Virus record (IMG/VR): IMGVR_UViG_3300028591_000127
Span: 32,001-96,000 of that record
Strand: one strand, 5' to 3'
Length of the DNA: 64,000 nucleotides
From: a virus
Taxonomy: Duplodnaviria > Caudoviricetes
Shown: in pieces, positions 48,545 to 57,463 of the stretch
Layout of the letters: each line of letters begins with the position of its first letter
Numbering within the stretch: position 1 is the stretch's first letter
Program-made: the position numbers and the translations under genes
The notes under the pieces: generated by a model
Seen by the model: only the letters and a program-made list of their open reading frames with translations
Told to the model about the DNA's origin: nothing
The model's database searches: none

Positions 48545-48880
48545 TTAGTTAAAAAGCCGACTTATTAATAATAGTCTCTTCTTTTGTTGTTTATTTTTTA
48601 GAGAATCTCTTTCAAGTTTTCTAAATTTAACTCGATCTTCAAGATCCTCTCTTCTTAATCGTTGTTCCTCGATCAAAGAATCATTAACTTCTGCCATAGC
48701 GTCAGTTAATTTACCCATTGCGTCGAGTTGTTTCTTCTGATATTCAGTCGCAGCCTTATGTCTCTTAGAATTAACTGCCAAATTAGTAGCACTAACACCA
48801 AGAGTAGCTAAGGAAATTGGGATAGTTGGGTGCTTCTTTAAGACGTCAGCTGCTGAGAATCGTTTAATCCGTATAATCAT
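48545..48880 (-). CDS. Small protein with KRFS leader, hydrophobic helix and coiled coil
   Basis: MIIRIKRFS; IPISLATLGVSATNLAV. Confidence 0.6.
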   Translation of the reverse strand: MIIRIKRFSAADVLKKHPTIPISLATLGVSATNLAVNSKRHKAATEYQKKQLDAMGKLTDAMAEVNDSLIEEQRLRREDLEDRVKFRKLERDSLKNKQQKKRLLLISRLFN

Positions 48881-49328
48881 CTGTTCTTGAAGTTTTATCG
48901 ATAAATGATCTTCTGAGTCTTCGTCTAGCCCCAGTCTTTGCCGTTTCTAAACTCTCATTATACTTTTTATTTATCTTAGCTTGTTTTCTACCAACAAGAT
49001 AAGCTATCCCGGAACCTAACCCAGCACCAATAAGGGACCCTCTTAAAGCTCCTCGTCCAAACCCTCTTCCTGCTGATTTAAGTCTAGATATTTTTGTTTC
49101 GCCTTTTTTAAGATAAGCACCTTTCTTAATAGCCCCTTTAATAAGACCACGAAGAGATTCATAACCTCCAATACCTAGTGCACCAAGAGTTCCAGAGAGG
49201 GCAATATCACCACCCCTGACTTCTGTTCTGGGCTCTTCGGCAAGAACATCAGAATCTTTCATTTCCATCAGTTCACTAAGATCATCACTCTCAGTGAACC
49301 ATTTTCTTCTTAGTTTAATGCTTGCCAT
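48864..49328 (-). CDS. Glycine-zipper protein with KWFT leader (paralogue of 59600-60088)
   Basis: MASIKLRRKWFT; MKDSDVLAE; GSLIGAGLGSGIAYLVG. Confidence 0.65.
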   Translation of the reverse strand: MASIKLRRKWFTESDDLSELMEMKDSDVLAEEPRTEVRGGDIALSGTLGALGIGGYESLRGLIKGAIKKGAYLKKGETKISRLKSAGRGFGRGALRGSLIGAGLGSGIAYLVGRKQAKINKKYNESLETAKTGARRRLRRSFIDKTSRTDDYTD

Positions 49329-49330
49329 AA

Positions 49331-50335
49331 TTATTGAACTTGCCCAGCTTTTGCGTTTTCATATTGATAGGCGTTCTTATCTACTGTATTAAAGACTTTC
49401 TTCGCAGTATTTTCAGCACCAGACCAAGCAAGAGTACTAACACCCATCAAAGGAACAGCAGTAATAAGGTTTGCCGCTGTCTTATTCTCGGCTAAATATT
49501 TACCACGACCAGCTAACCAGGTACTACCGTTTTCCTCACCAAATTTCTGTAATCCTTGAGCGAACTTATTAACTCTCTCCGTTCCACCAAGTCCTAATGA
49601 AGCGAGGTTATTAACGGTTCCTGAAATCGTTTGCCCAGGAGTTTTGAAAATTTGCCATTCTTTTGGTTTGGTAGCCATCTTAGCAAATTTACCTATACCA
49701 GACAGAATGGAGTAGGATCTCTGCTCTCCACCAGTAGCGGCCATCTGATCCTTTAAATTATTCTTCTCGGCATAGTAACCAGCAAGAGTTGGAGCAGCAA
49801 AGAGAGTCGGCATAACTGCATTACCTGCTAATTTGCCCCCCACTTTCTTTAGGACAGATTCTCCACCTTGTTTTCCCGCTGCAGTAGCTGAAACAGGGAC
49901 GTCGGCATACTGTTGTTCCTTCATTATCAAGTTGCCTGCCTCATCAAACTGCATACCACTCTTTTTCATATCGTGTTGGATGAATTTATTGACCCCATAA
50001 CCTGCGGCAGCCAATGAACCACCCATAATAGCAGTATTTGTAATCTCCTTACCAAAAGCTGATTTACCTGCCTGAAATAGTGTCTTTCCTGCCGCTAAGA
50101 GACCTCCACTATAAGACCTTTGACTGAAGTTCGTGGCGGCGGCAGGATGAGCATTGATAGCTTTATTGATCTTCTCAAGTCTTTTGTTTTGTTCCCTCAT
50201 AAGTTCTTGTGTTTTTTCATCTCTTTCTTCCTGTTCAGAAGCATTTACAGAGGAATTAATCAAATCCGCCCCAGTTACCACCGTTCCAGCCACGCCAATA
50301 GCTGGCCAGAAGAAGTTTTTTTGTTTGAACTTCAT
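49331..50335 (-). CDS. Putative polyprotein of amphipathic peptides
   Basis: MKFKQKNF leader; two QRSYS sites plus QQYA separating Gly/Ala/Lys-rich amphipathic segments. Confidence 0.65.
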   Translation of the reverse strand: MKFKQKNFFWPAIGVAGTVVTGADLINSSVNASEQEERDEKTQELMREQNKRLEKINKAINAHPAAATNFSQRSYSGGLLAAGKTLFQAGKSAFGKEITNTAIMGGSLAAAGYGVNKFIQHDMKKSGMQFDEAGNLIMKEQQYADVPVSATAAGKQGGESVLKKVGGKLAGNAVMPTLFAAPTLAGYYAEKNNLKDQMAATGGEQRSYSILSGIGKFAKMATKPKEWQIFKTPGQTISGTVNNLASLGLGGTERVNKFAQGLQKFGEENGSTWLAGRGKYLAENKTAANLITAVPLMGVSTLAWSGAENTAKKVFNTVDKNAYQYENAKAGQVQ

Positions 50336-50352
50336 AGCAGTTTATTTTTATT

Positions 50353-50649
50353 TTACATCCCAGCGTCTTTAAGTCCTTGGCCTAGTCCCTTTGTTAGCTT
50401 AGATCCTGCAGCATATCCTAATGCTGGACCAAGAATTGGAGCTACCGCTACACCAATGGGACCACCCAAAGCTGCCACAGCACCACCGATAGCAGAACCC
50501 ATAGTACCTGCACCAATCAAACCGCCGGTAACTCTACCAGGGAGAGAGTCCAATGCCTGACCGGTACCAGAAGCTATACCCTTAGCTGTATCTGTAACAC
50601 CATCCATCAGGCTGAAATATTTCTTTCTTTCTATCTTAATACTTGCCAT
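50353..50649 (-). CDS. Small glycine-zipper protein with KYFS leader
   Basis: MASIKIERKKYFS; GGLIGAGTMGSAIGGAVAALGGPIGVAVAPILGPALGYAAG. Confidence 0.7.
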   Translation of the reverse strand: MASIKIERKKYFSLMDGVTDTAKGIASGTGQALDSLPGRVTGGLIGAGTMGSAIGGAVAALGGPIGVAVAPILGPALGYAAGSKLTKGLGQGLKDAGM

Positions 50650-50652
50650 ATC

Positions 50653-50883
50653 TCAATCCTTCATAATATCTTGAACGTTAATACCTCTACGTAATTCTGA
50701 ATTCATTTCTTTCTGCTCTTTTCTTATGTCTCCTACTCGATGTAATTCTCTTTGAGCAGTTGACATTCTACCAAGACGATCAAAATCTTCATCATACTTC
50801 CTTCCCCTTGTAAAACCAAGATTTGTAGCGGCATTAGTATTTAATGTTCCAATTCTAGAATAATTTTTTCTTAAGAGGATCAT
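50653..50883 (-). CDS. Small basic protein with KNYS leader
   Basis: MILLRKNYS; abuts both neighbours. Confidence 0.6.
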   Translation of the reverse strand: MILLRKNYSRIGTLNTNAATNLGFTRGRKYDEDFDRLGRMSTAQRELHRVGDIRKEQKEMNSELRRGINVQDIMKD

Positions 50884-51446
50884 TAAGCGTCAAGTAAGTA
50901 AATCTTATAGTCTATACCAAAGGGAAGAATACTTAAGGCTCGTATAGCATCGTTCATATTTTTAAACTCCAGAACAAGCTGTCTGGACTTCTTATCGTAC
51001 TTAATAGCCTCGCCCAATAAGCGACCGACCTCTCTCTTAATCTCTACTTCCTCTGGGTAGGCGAGGGCAGACATCAAGGGATCAGGTCCTTTACCCTTGC
51101 CCTCTCCGTTATCCTTCCTATCCTTACCAAATACTCCGGCTCCAATAATAAGTTTCAATTTTCCAAATCTTTCGTCATGATACTCACTCGGAAGTCTGAC
51201 ATCATCGGGTAGTTTAGCCTTTGCACCAATCTTAATATACATTCGATAAGTATCCTTTCCAAAGATAGAAGAAGAGATAACAAAACGTTCGATCACTACG
51301 TTATTTCCTTTGAGAATAGGCAAGAGAGCGCTAGTATTAATGACGGGAAATCTGCTCCTATCATTATTAGTACGTTTCATCAGCTCGATATAAAGACTTC
51401 TCATTGCATCATACTCAGAGAACGTCTTTTGCCTAAATTTTACCAT
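50883..51446 (-). CDS. Hypothetical protein with KTFS leader
   Basis: MVKFRQKTFS; 187 aa. Confidence 0.6.
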   Translation of the reverse strand: MVKFRQKTFSEYDAMRSLYIELMKRTNNDRSRFPVINTSALLPILKGNNVVIERFVISSSIFGKDTYRMYIKIGAKAKLPDDVRLPSEYHDERFGKLKLIIGAGVFGKDRKDNGEGKGKGPDPLMSALAYPEEVEIKREVGRLLGEAIKYDKKSRQLVLEFKNMNDAIRALSILPFGIDYKIYLLDA

Positions 51447-51816
51447 TGTCTTTTACAATTGATAGATTATATTTTAATCCAAGTACTTCAATAAGATCTA
51501 AAGCAATACCTAGATGATTAGTTTCACCAGTGAACGTTCTATCTTTTTTATTTTCCTCGATGATCTTAAGACCTAAATACTCACCAAGTAATTTTCTTGT
51601 ATAAGTATAGAACTCCTTGTCCTTAACTGTTATCTGGTAAACCCCTCTTTCATTCTTAATAAAACTCATTAAGACCATTGCTTTAGAATTAACCTTACTA
51701 ACTTTGTCTGCATCCTTGGAAGATATAATATTAAAATCAATCCCTTCTGACTTGAGATGATCAATGGCGTCATCAATCAAGTCACTAGTTAAGGTCTTTT
51801 TTCTAAAAGTAACCAT
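51433..51816 (-). CDS. Hypothetical protein (127 aa) with degenerate leader
   Basis: MVTFRKKTLT; DLIDDAIDHLKSEGIDFNIISSK resembles the last module of 41445-43043. Confidence 0.6.
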   Translation of the reverse strand: MVTFRKKTLTSDLIDDAIDHLKSEGIDFNIISSKDADKVSKVNSKAMVLMSFIKNERGVYQITVKDKEFYTYTRKLLGEYLGLKIIEENKKDRTFTGETNHLGIALDLIEVLGLKYNLSIVKDNGKI

Positions 51817-51817
51817 A

Positions 51818-52906
51818 TTATGTGTTCTCTTGTTCGCCTAGTCTGGTTACTATTTCCTGGATAAATTCAAATCTGCGATCAAGAACCTCATAGAAGAACA
51901 GTTCACACCTAAATTGACATTGAAGAGAATAGTTTGAATTATCATCTTGACCGTATGTATGATTGAAATCCTCAGTTATAGGACCCCATTTAACAGCAGC
52001 AGTATATCTCTCTCCTAGTTTGTCTGGTGTTGTAAACTGAGTAAAATTAGTTACTAAGTCTACATTATTATACTTCGTTTTGAAATCGTGATATAAGACC
52101 ATATCAGTAGTGTGAAGAGAAAAATCTATTGGTTGTCTGTGTTTTACAATATTTCTTTCTATATCACCATGCATAGGAGGAGCATAGTTGGTCGGAGTCT
52201 GGTTGAATTGATAAGTGACATAGGAGGTACTAAGCAAAGTTCTCTCTCTATTTTGTCTTGTAAATTCAATACCATAATCTTCAAAAATCCTTCCAAGCTC
52301 TGCTATAAACTGATCTTGATAGTCAATTTCACGTATTAAGTAATCATTATATCTTCTTCTAAGCGAGTAAAAAACCTCATTATCAGAAGTTAGGTCCTTG
52401 CTCTCCGTACTTATCAGGATCTTAGGAAAATTTCTGATTTCGTAACCACAGATCCTAGTCCCTACCGGTCTTAAGTAGAGTAAGTTTCCAGAATAGAACA
52501 AGTAATTTATGAAATCTGGATTCTTGTAGTCATCTTTAGAAACTACAAATATAGTACTATCGTAATTTTGAACAACTCTAGATTCAGAATCATCCACAAT
52601 TACGACGTTTATTATATGAGAATCGTATGTTAATTTCTCCAGCGTAAGCCCATTTAAAGAAACAGTTACGGTTTTGAATCTTTGAGGACTTAACATTGAG
52701 GTTAGTTTAAGACCTCCTGAACCGATTAGTGGAATTCCTAGAGATTCAGACAAGGACTTAGGCGAGCTTCCTGGAGAATAAGTAAGTGTAAGAACTGACG
52801 TAATAGGATCCTCAACTATAGAATTAGTGGTACCCTCCTTAACCTGAAAATATCTACACTTATTTGTTACTAAGCGAAGGCCCTTGTATATAATCTCGTT
52901 ACGCAT
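51818..52906 (-). CDS. Hypothetical structural protein, possibly tail terminator/completion (gp15-like C-terminal half)
   Basis: 362 aa; C-terminal QPIDFSLHT...YSLQCQFRCELFFYE resembles tail-terminator folds; function uncertain. Confidence 0.35.
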   Translation of the reverse strand: MRNEIIYKGLRLVTNKCRYFQVKEGTTNSIVEDPITSVLTLTYSPGSSPKSLSESLGIPLIGSGGLKLTSMLSPQRFKTVTVSLNGLTLEKLTYDSHIINVVIVDDSESRVVQNYDSTIFVVSKDDYKNPDFINYLFYSGNLLYLRPVGTRICGYEIRNFPKILISTESKDLTSDNEVFYSLRRRYNDYLIREIDYQDQFIAELGRIFEDYGIEFTRQNRERTLLSTSYVTYQFNQTPTNYAPPMHGDIERNIVKHRQPIDFSLHTTDMVLYHDFKTKYNNVDLVTNFTQFTTPDKLGERYTAAVKWGPITEDFNHTYGQDDNSNYSLQCQFRCELFFYEVLDRRFEFIQEIVTRLGEQENT

Positions 52907-52911
52907 TAAAA

Positions 52912-53451
52912 TTATGAATAAAAATTCCCAAACGAATTTAACCTCTGCGAATCAACACGATTTTGAAGAACATTACGCTGCTTATTGGTAAGACTAAGGT
53001 TGTCATCAGCTAATTTCTTCATTGCATCCGTCTTTAGATCCTGGGCAGTTTTATAAGCATTCTCATTTTTAACAACCTGCTTATTAACCAACTGCTCCCT
53101 TGTCTCTTGGGAAAGATCCTTAAAGTTTTGTCCTCCAAATCCATGCTTATTCTTCCAGGCCTCGTTCTTAAAGTTTTGTCTTAATTGACCTTCTGCATAA
53201 CCCTTAGCACCAGACTGTTGCATTGCCTTAGAACCTACAGTCTTACCTATTCCAGCATAAGCACTATTAATACTCTTCTGAATACCGCCACCGAGCATAC
53301 CTTTCTTACCTGCCACGAGACCTCCAATAGTTGCAGCAGTACCAAGAGCACCAATAGCTAGGTTTCTACCAGTATGAGACTCATTAGACTGTCTCTGTTG
53401 GTTTGGGTTTAGATTTGGATCTGAGTAATATCTACTTCTTATTATAATCAT
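52912..53451 (-). CDS. Glycine-zipper protein with RYYS leader
   Basis: Likely start MIIIRSRYYS at 53451 (the longer track start runs through a hairpin); LAIGALGTAATIGGLVAG. Confidence 0.65.
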   Translation of the reverse strand: MIIIRSRYYSDPNLNPNQQRQSNESHTGRNLAIGALGTAATIGGLVAGKKGMLGGGIQKSINSAYAGIGKTVGSKAMQQSGAKGYAEGQLRQNFKNEAWKNKHGFGGQNFKDLSQETREQLVNKQVVKNENAYKTAQDLKTDAMKKLADDNLSLTNKQRNVLQNRVDSQRLNSFGNFYS

Positions 53452-53473
53452 AATCTTGATAATATAATAAAGT

Positions 53474-53512
53474 GGAGAGGAAATCATCATATAACACAAT
53501 GAAATCCTCTCC
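53474..53512 (-). terminator. RNA hairpin downstream of the major capsid gene
   Basis: GGAGAGGA/UCCUCUCC outer stem, 2x2 U-U internal loop, inner stem with G-U pairs; followed by ACUUUAUUAU. Confidence 0.5.
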
Positions 53513-53557
53513 TAAATTTATTTAATCCTGTTTCTTAAGGGAAGATTATTCCAAGGA

Positions 53558-55000
53558 TTAGAAGCCAACCTTAAAGGTGACGCGCTGAACCAGCTCGGGA
53601 GCCATGTAACGAAGACCCTCCTGATAGTAGATACCGCTCGTCATCTGAGTCGGATTATTGTAGTTACCTACAGTAGGAGTATCGGTCAGAGGCATATAAA
53701 TACCACGAGCCAGAGGAGCCATTTGACCATCAGCAGTCTTGTGGATAGCATAGAAAGTACCCTCACCAGCAGCCTCGACTACGTCAGTCGAACGCAGAAC
53801 GGGGACACCATTATACCAACCAAGCAGGTCACTGATATAGCTCATCTTGTCATTGCGCTCCCACTTGCCAATAATACCGGCCTTCTGGAACTGATTAGCA
53901 GCCTGATTACCAGCAATATAAGCAGTGGTCGTAACACCCTTAACAACCTTGCTAGCCAGAGCGGTCTCAACATTAATCAGGTAGCTATCAAACAAATCAA
54001 CTCTTGAACGATAGTCCATGAAGTGAGAGCTCAGACCAGTAGAAGTGCTGCTCAGGTCGAGATCTTGCATAGTATCTCCAACATAGCCATTCTCCAGAGT
54101 CTTAACCATAGCGCCGTTAATGCACTTGGTATACAGCTCGCGCAGCTTGTTGAACAGGAACGTAGCCATGTCAGAACCAGTAGCCTTCTTCATTGCACCC
54201 AGAGCAGCGATGTCATACTCAGCCATCAGCATATCGGGAACAGTGTTCAGACCAATCTGTTGCATCTTAGCGAGGAAACGCTTGTCATTTGCATGGCTAT
54301 TGTCAGCACCAGTCGTACAGCTGGGAGTACCAACTGCATCCTCCTTACCAACAATCGTAATCTTACCACTGGCAGATACGGCATTAGTCAGAGTAAAGTC
54401 AACCTTACCGTTCAGGTAGTTCAAAGTACCGGCGGTAATAACACCAGCAACAGACAGGAAATGACCCTGACCATCATCAACCAGCTCATACTTAACGTTA
54501 CCAGCATCCTGGATCTTAACACGTACAGTACCAGGGATCAGCTTACGACCAATCAGATAAGAATAGGCAGTCGTAGTGCCATCAACGGTCAGGTCAGACT
54601 CAAAGTGACCCATAGTCTGAACATCGTTATAGTTATCCGGACCGAGGTTGGGGATAACAGGACGCAAATCACTAACGCCCAGAACGTCAAACCAATAGAA
54701 CAGACCGTTCGGCTGATCAAAGTCACGCTCAATCGACATGTAACCAGCGAAAGAGCTAACATAAGAAGCAACAGAAGCGTTGAAATACTGAGTGCTCAGC
54801 AGCGGGGTCTCTGCATAACCAGAGAAGTTCTTCTGAAGCAGGTTACCGTTCATAATGTTGTTGCCAAACATGTCAGCAGCACGCGAGAACGTCTTAGCAT
54901 ACTCCATACCACGGAGTCTAGCATCCTCTGCAGAAACAGAGCTATTACGAAGAGCAACACTCATCTCGGGTGTGCTCATGAAATTCGAAAACTGATTCAT
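53558..55000 (-). CDS. Major capsid protein (T4 gp23-like HK97 fold)
   Basis: Follows protease and scaffold; DQPNGLFYWFD, LLGWYNGVPV and GIYMPL motifs; strongest codon bias in the window. Confidence 0.85.
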   Translation of the reverse strand: MNQFSNFMSTPEMSVALRNSSVSAEDARLRGMEYAKTFSRAADMFGNNIMNGNLLQKNFSGYAETPLLSTQYFNASVASYVSSFAGYMSIERDFDQPNGLFYWFDVLGVSDLRPVIPNLGPDNYNDVQTMGHFESDLTVDGTTTAYSYLIGRKLIPGTVRVKIQDAGNVKYELVDDGQGHFLSVAGVITAGTLNYLNGKVDFTLTNAVSASGKITIVGKEDAVGTPSCTTGADNSHANDKRFLAKMQQIGLNTVPDMLMAEYDIAALGAMKKATGSDMATFLFNKLRELYTKCINGAMVKTLENGYVGDTMQDLDLSSTSTGLSSHFMDYRSRVDLFDSYLINVETALASKVVKGVTTTAYIAGNQAANQFQKAGIIGKWERNDKMSYISDLLGWYNGVPVLRSTDVVEAAGEGTFYAIHKTADGQMAPLARGIYMPLTDTPTVGNYNNPTQMTSGIYYQEGLRYMAPELVQRVTFKVGF

Positions 55001-55025
55001 TTTATAATATTATGTATGTTAATGT

Positions 55026-57446
55026 TTATTTATATTGAAGCCAAGAGATCAATGTATCATCTTGGGCACTCTGACTAAATGTTCTCTCGGAGAACTGAGC
55101 CTCTTTAATATCGGGCTCCATATTGGGAGCGGGCTGAGCCTTAGCATCCATAACTTGAGCAACAGCTTCAGCAGCTGCGGCATTGATACTCTGAACAGCA
55201 GCAAGAGCCTTATCCTCAATCTCCTCAACAGTATGAGATTCCTCCTCTACGGGAGCTTCTGCAACTACCGGCTGGGCAGCAGGAGCAGTGGCAGCAGGCT
55301 GGGGAGCAATTTCTTGACCTGTAGCAGACTGTGGAGATGCTGCGGCAGGAATAACTTGCTCAGTGAAGAACTTGGCAATAGGATCGCAAGAACTGTAACC
55401 CTTCTCCTCAATCTCCTCTTCACGAGTCTTCTCAACCTTCAGGTCCTTAGTAAGCTCATCAGCCTCTTCCTCCGAGATAGGATTAATGTCGAGAACCTCA
55501 TCCTTAATCTCAGCCTTATGGAAATCGCCAGTCTCCTTATCCTCAATTACTGCGGTAGTATCATCGATAGGAGTAATGATCTCATTGTCGTTCTCAATCT
55601 GCTGACCATCTTCGATAGCATCCTCAATTTCGTCCTCACTAGCCTCATCACTGAACAGACGAGCCATATAATTGGTCATCTCTTCACTCTCAGAGAAGAA
55701 CTTAGTCCCCTTGTCATTTACATAAGAGTAGTTCTTAATCTCACCCTCTTCCTCAGCAAGAGCATTTTCAGACTCCTTATTGGGAGCTACAACTACATCC
55801 TCAAACTGGTCATCAGCATCATCTTCGTCAATCGGATGAACAACAATCATATCATCATTGAGAATAGTAACCTTAGACAGCTCACCAGTCTCCTTATCCT
55901 CAACAATAGCGCTCTTAGCATCTACCGGAGTAATGATTTCATTGTCATTCTCAATCTCGGTGCCCTCTTCAATAGCTTCCTCGATGTCACTCTGCTCTGC
56001 CTCATCACTGAACAGACGAGCCATATAGTCGGTCATCTCTTCATTCTCAGAGAAGAACTTAGTTCCATCTTCGTTTGAATAGTCGAAATAATCAGAGAAT
56101 TCCTTCTCTTCATCCTCGTCCTCATCAACAGGTGCCTCATCCTCATAATCATCGGCCTCTTCAATAGCCTCATTCATATCAGAATCAACAACGATAAGAT
56201 CCTCACCATCAAGAACTTCCTTAGCATCCTCAGGATCCATCTCTTCAAGAATAACATCCTCACCAGAAATCTTAGCCTTGGTAAATTCTACACCATCCTG
56301 AACAATAGCAGTAAGAGCATCGATCGGGGTTACAACACCACCTTCAAACTCAACCTCATGACCACCACGAATAGCATCATAGACGGCATCAACAGTATCA
56401 GTAGTACCGGCCTCTGTCTCTGAGAACATACGAGACATCATAACAGTATTGTCCGTATAGTAACGTGCAGTATAGAAACAAGGACAATCATAGTAAGCAG
56501 AGAACTCCTTCTGCTCCTGAGACTCTTCAACCTCACCCTCCTCAGGATTAGCGCCAAGGCTAACCAACAGATGATAAGCGTAGTCACGAGCAGCTTCGGG
56601 GTCGTCACAAATCTTAATAGCCTCAACACCATCAGCCTCAAGACGGGCCTGAAGTGCCTGAGCAGACTCAAGATCATACTCCTGTGCCTCTACAATGACG
56701 TGATCATAAGGCTGAACACCAACAATAATATAGGGAAGATACTGGCCCTCACAGAAAGCCTTGCTATCCAACTCAGTAACTTCCATATCGTTATCGTCCA
56801 GCTTAACCTTAACCTGATCACCAGTAGCTTCACTGGTAACAACAACGGCATTATCTTCATCGGCCAACTTCTCAACCTTCAGATCGCCAACCTTTGCAGT
56901 CTCCTCACTCTCAATAACTTCAGAGAAGAGATAATCAACAAACTCCTGAGGCATGGAGAAAATTTTCTGCCAAGCGTCATTCTCAGAGCTAATGCTGAAC
57001 TGCTTACCCTCATCCTCACATTGACAGGGAGATGCACCACAATTAGGACACTTCTCACCGAAAGCTTGATCAGCTACGGTCTCAGCTTTTACACCGAGCT
57101 TACTATCATCAAAATGATCACTAGCCTTCTCATCAGGAGCACCAGTAGCGGAGCCAGGAGTAACACCATCATCAGACGGGTGGGCAAATCTCTCAAGCTG
57201 TCCATCCGGAACGGCAATCAGGTCATAAGTCTCAGCTTCCTCAGGATTACGTGATGCGACTGTGATCTCACCAGTTTCTTTATCGGTAATAGCTACATCA
57301 CCATTACCTTGCTTTTCATACTTAACCTCTTCGGTATCAACAACACCATCCTTCTCAGCGGCTTTGATGTCGTTACCTACCTGTTCCTTGAGCTCAGCAG
57401 GTGTCTCCTCAGAAAACATGAGCTCCATCAATCTTGTATTCTTCAT
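55026..57446 (-). CDS. Prohead scaffold/core protein (acidic, repeated modules)
   Basis: Highly acidic 806 aa just upstream of the capsid gene; duplicated GTKFFSE.EEMT.YMARLFSDEA...IENDNEIITP modules; 12 K/R-x-F/Y-S sites. Confidence 0.75.
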   Translation of the reverse strand: MKNTRLMELMFSEETPAELKEQVGNDIKAAEKDGVVDTEEVKYEKQGNGDVAITDKETGEITVASRNPEEAETYDLIAVPDGQLERFAHPSDDGVTPGSATGAPDEKASDHFDDSKLGVKAETVADQAFGEKCPNCGASPCQCEDEGKQFSISSENDAWQKIFSMPQEFVDYLFSEVIESEETAKVGDLKVEKLADEDNAVVVTSEATGDQVKVKLDDNDMEVTELDSKAFCEGQYLPYIIVGVQPYDHVIVEAQEYDLESAQALQARLEADGVEAIKICDDPEAARDYAYHLLVSLGANPEEGEVEESQEQKEFSAYYDCPCFYTARYYTDNTVMMSRMFSETEAGTTDTVDAVYDAIRGGHEVEFEGGVVTPIDALTAIVQDGVEFTKAKISGEDVILEEMDPEDAKEVLDGEDLIVVDSDMNEAIEEADDYEDEAPVDEDEDEEKEFSDYFDYSNEDGTKFFSENEEMTDYMARLFSDEAEQSDIEEAIEEGTEIENDNEIITPVDAKSAIVEDKETGELSKVTILNDDMIVVHPIDEDDADDQFEDVVVAPNKESENALAEEEGEIKNYSYVNDKGTKFFSESEEMTNYMARLFSDEASEDEIEDAIEDGQQIENDNEIITPIDDTTAVIEDKETGDFHKAEIKDEVLDINPISEEEADELTKDLKVEKTREEEIEEKGYSSCDPIAKFFTEQVIPAAASPQSATGQEIAPQPAATAPAAQPVVAEAPVEEESHTVEEIEDKALAAVQSINAAAAEAVAQVMDAKAQPAPNMEPDIKEAQFSERTFSQSAQDDTLISWLQYK

Positions 57447-57463
57447 TTGTTTAATTATGTATT

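Noticed and set aside
47344-53451. Bacteriocin (double-glycine leader) or lipoprotein/Sec signal interpretation of the leaders
   Set aside because: The leaders lack a GG cleavage motif, hydrophobic h-region or lipobox, no transporter is present, and the same motif occurs in the scaffold, capsid and protease.
22404-53499. ORF-track starts at 23285, 43924 and 53499
   Set aside because: They overlap upstream genes or a hairpin; downstream ATGs at 23168, 43870 and 53451 fit gene packing and, for the latter two, expose the leader motif.
53723-57254. Long plus-strand ORFs (351, 347, 227 aa) antisense to the capsid and scaffold genes; similar ones opposite sheath and tube
   Set aside because: They are shadows of strongly biased codon usage in highly expressed genes, with Leu/Ser/Ile-rich translations and no recognisable motifs.
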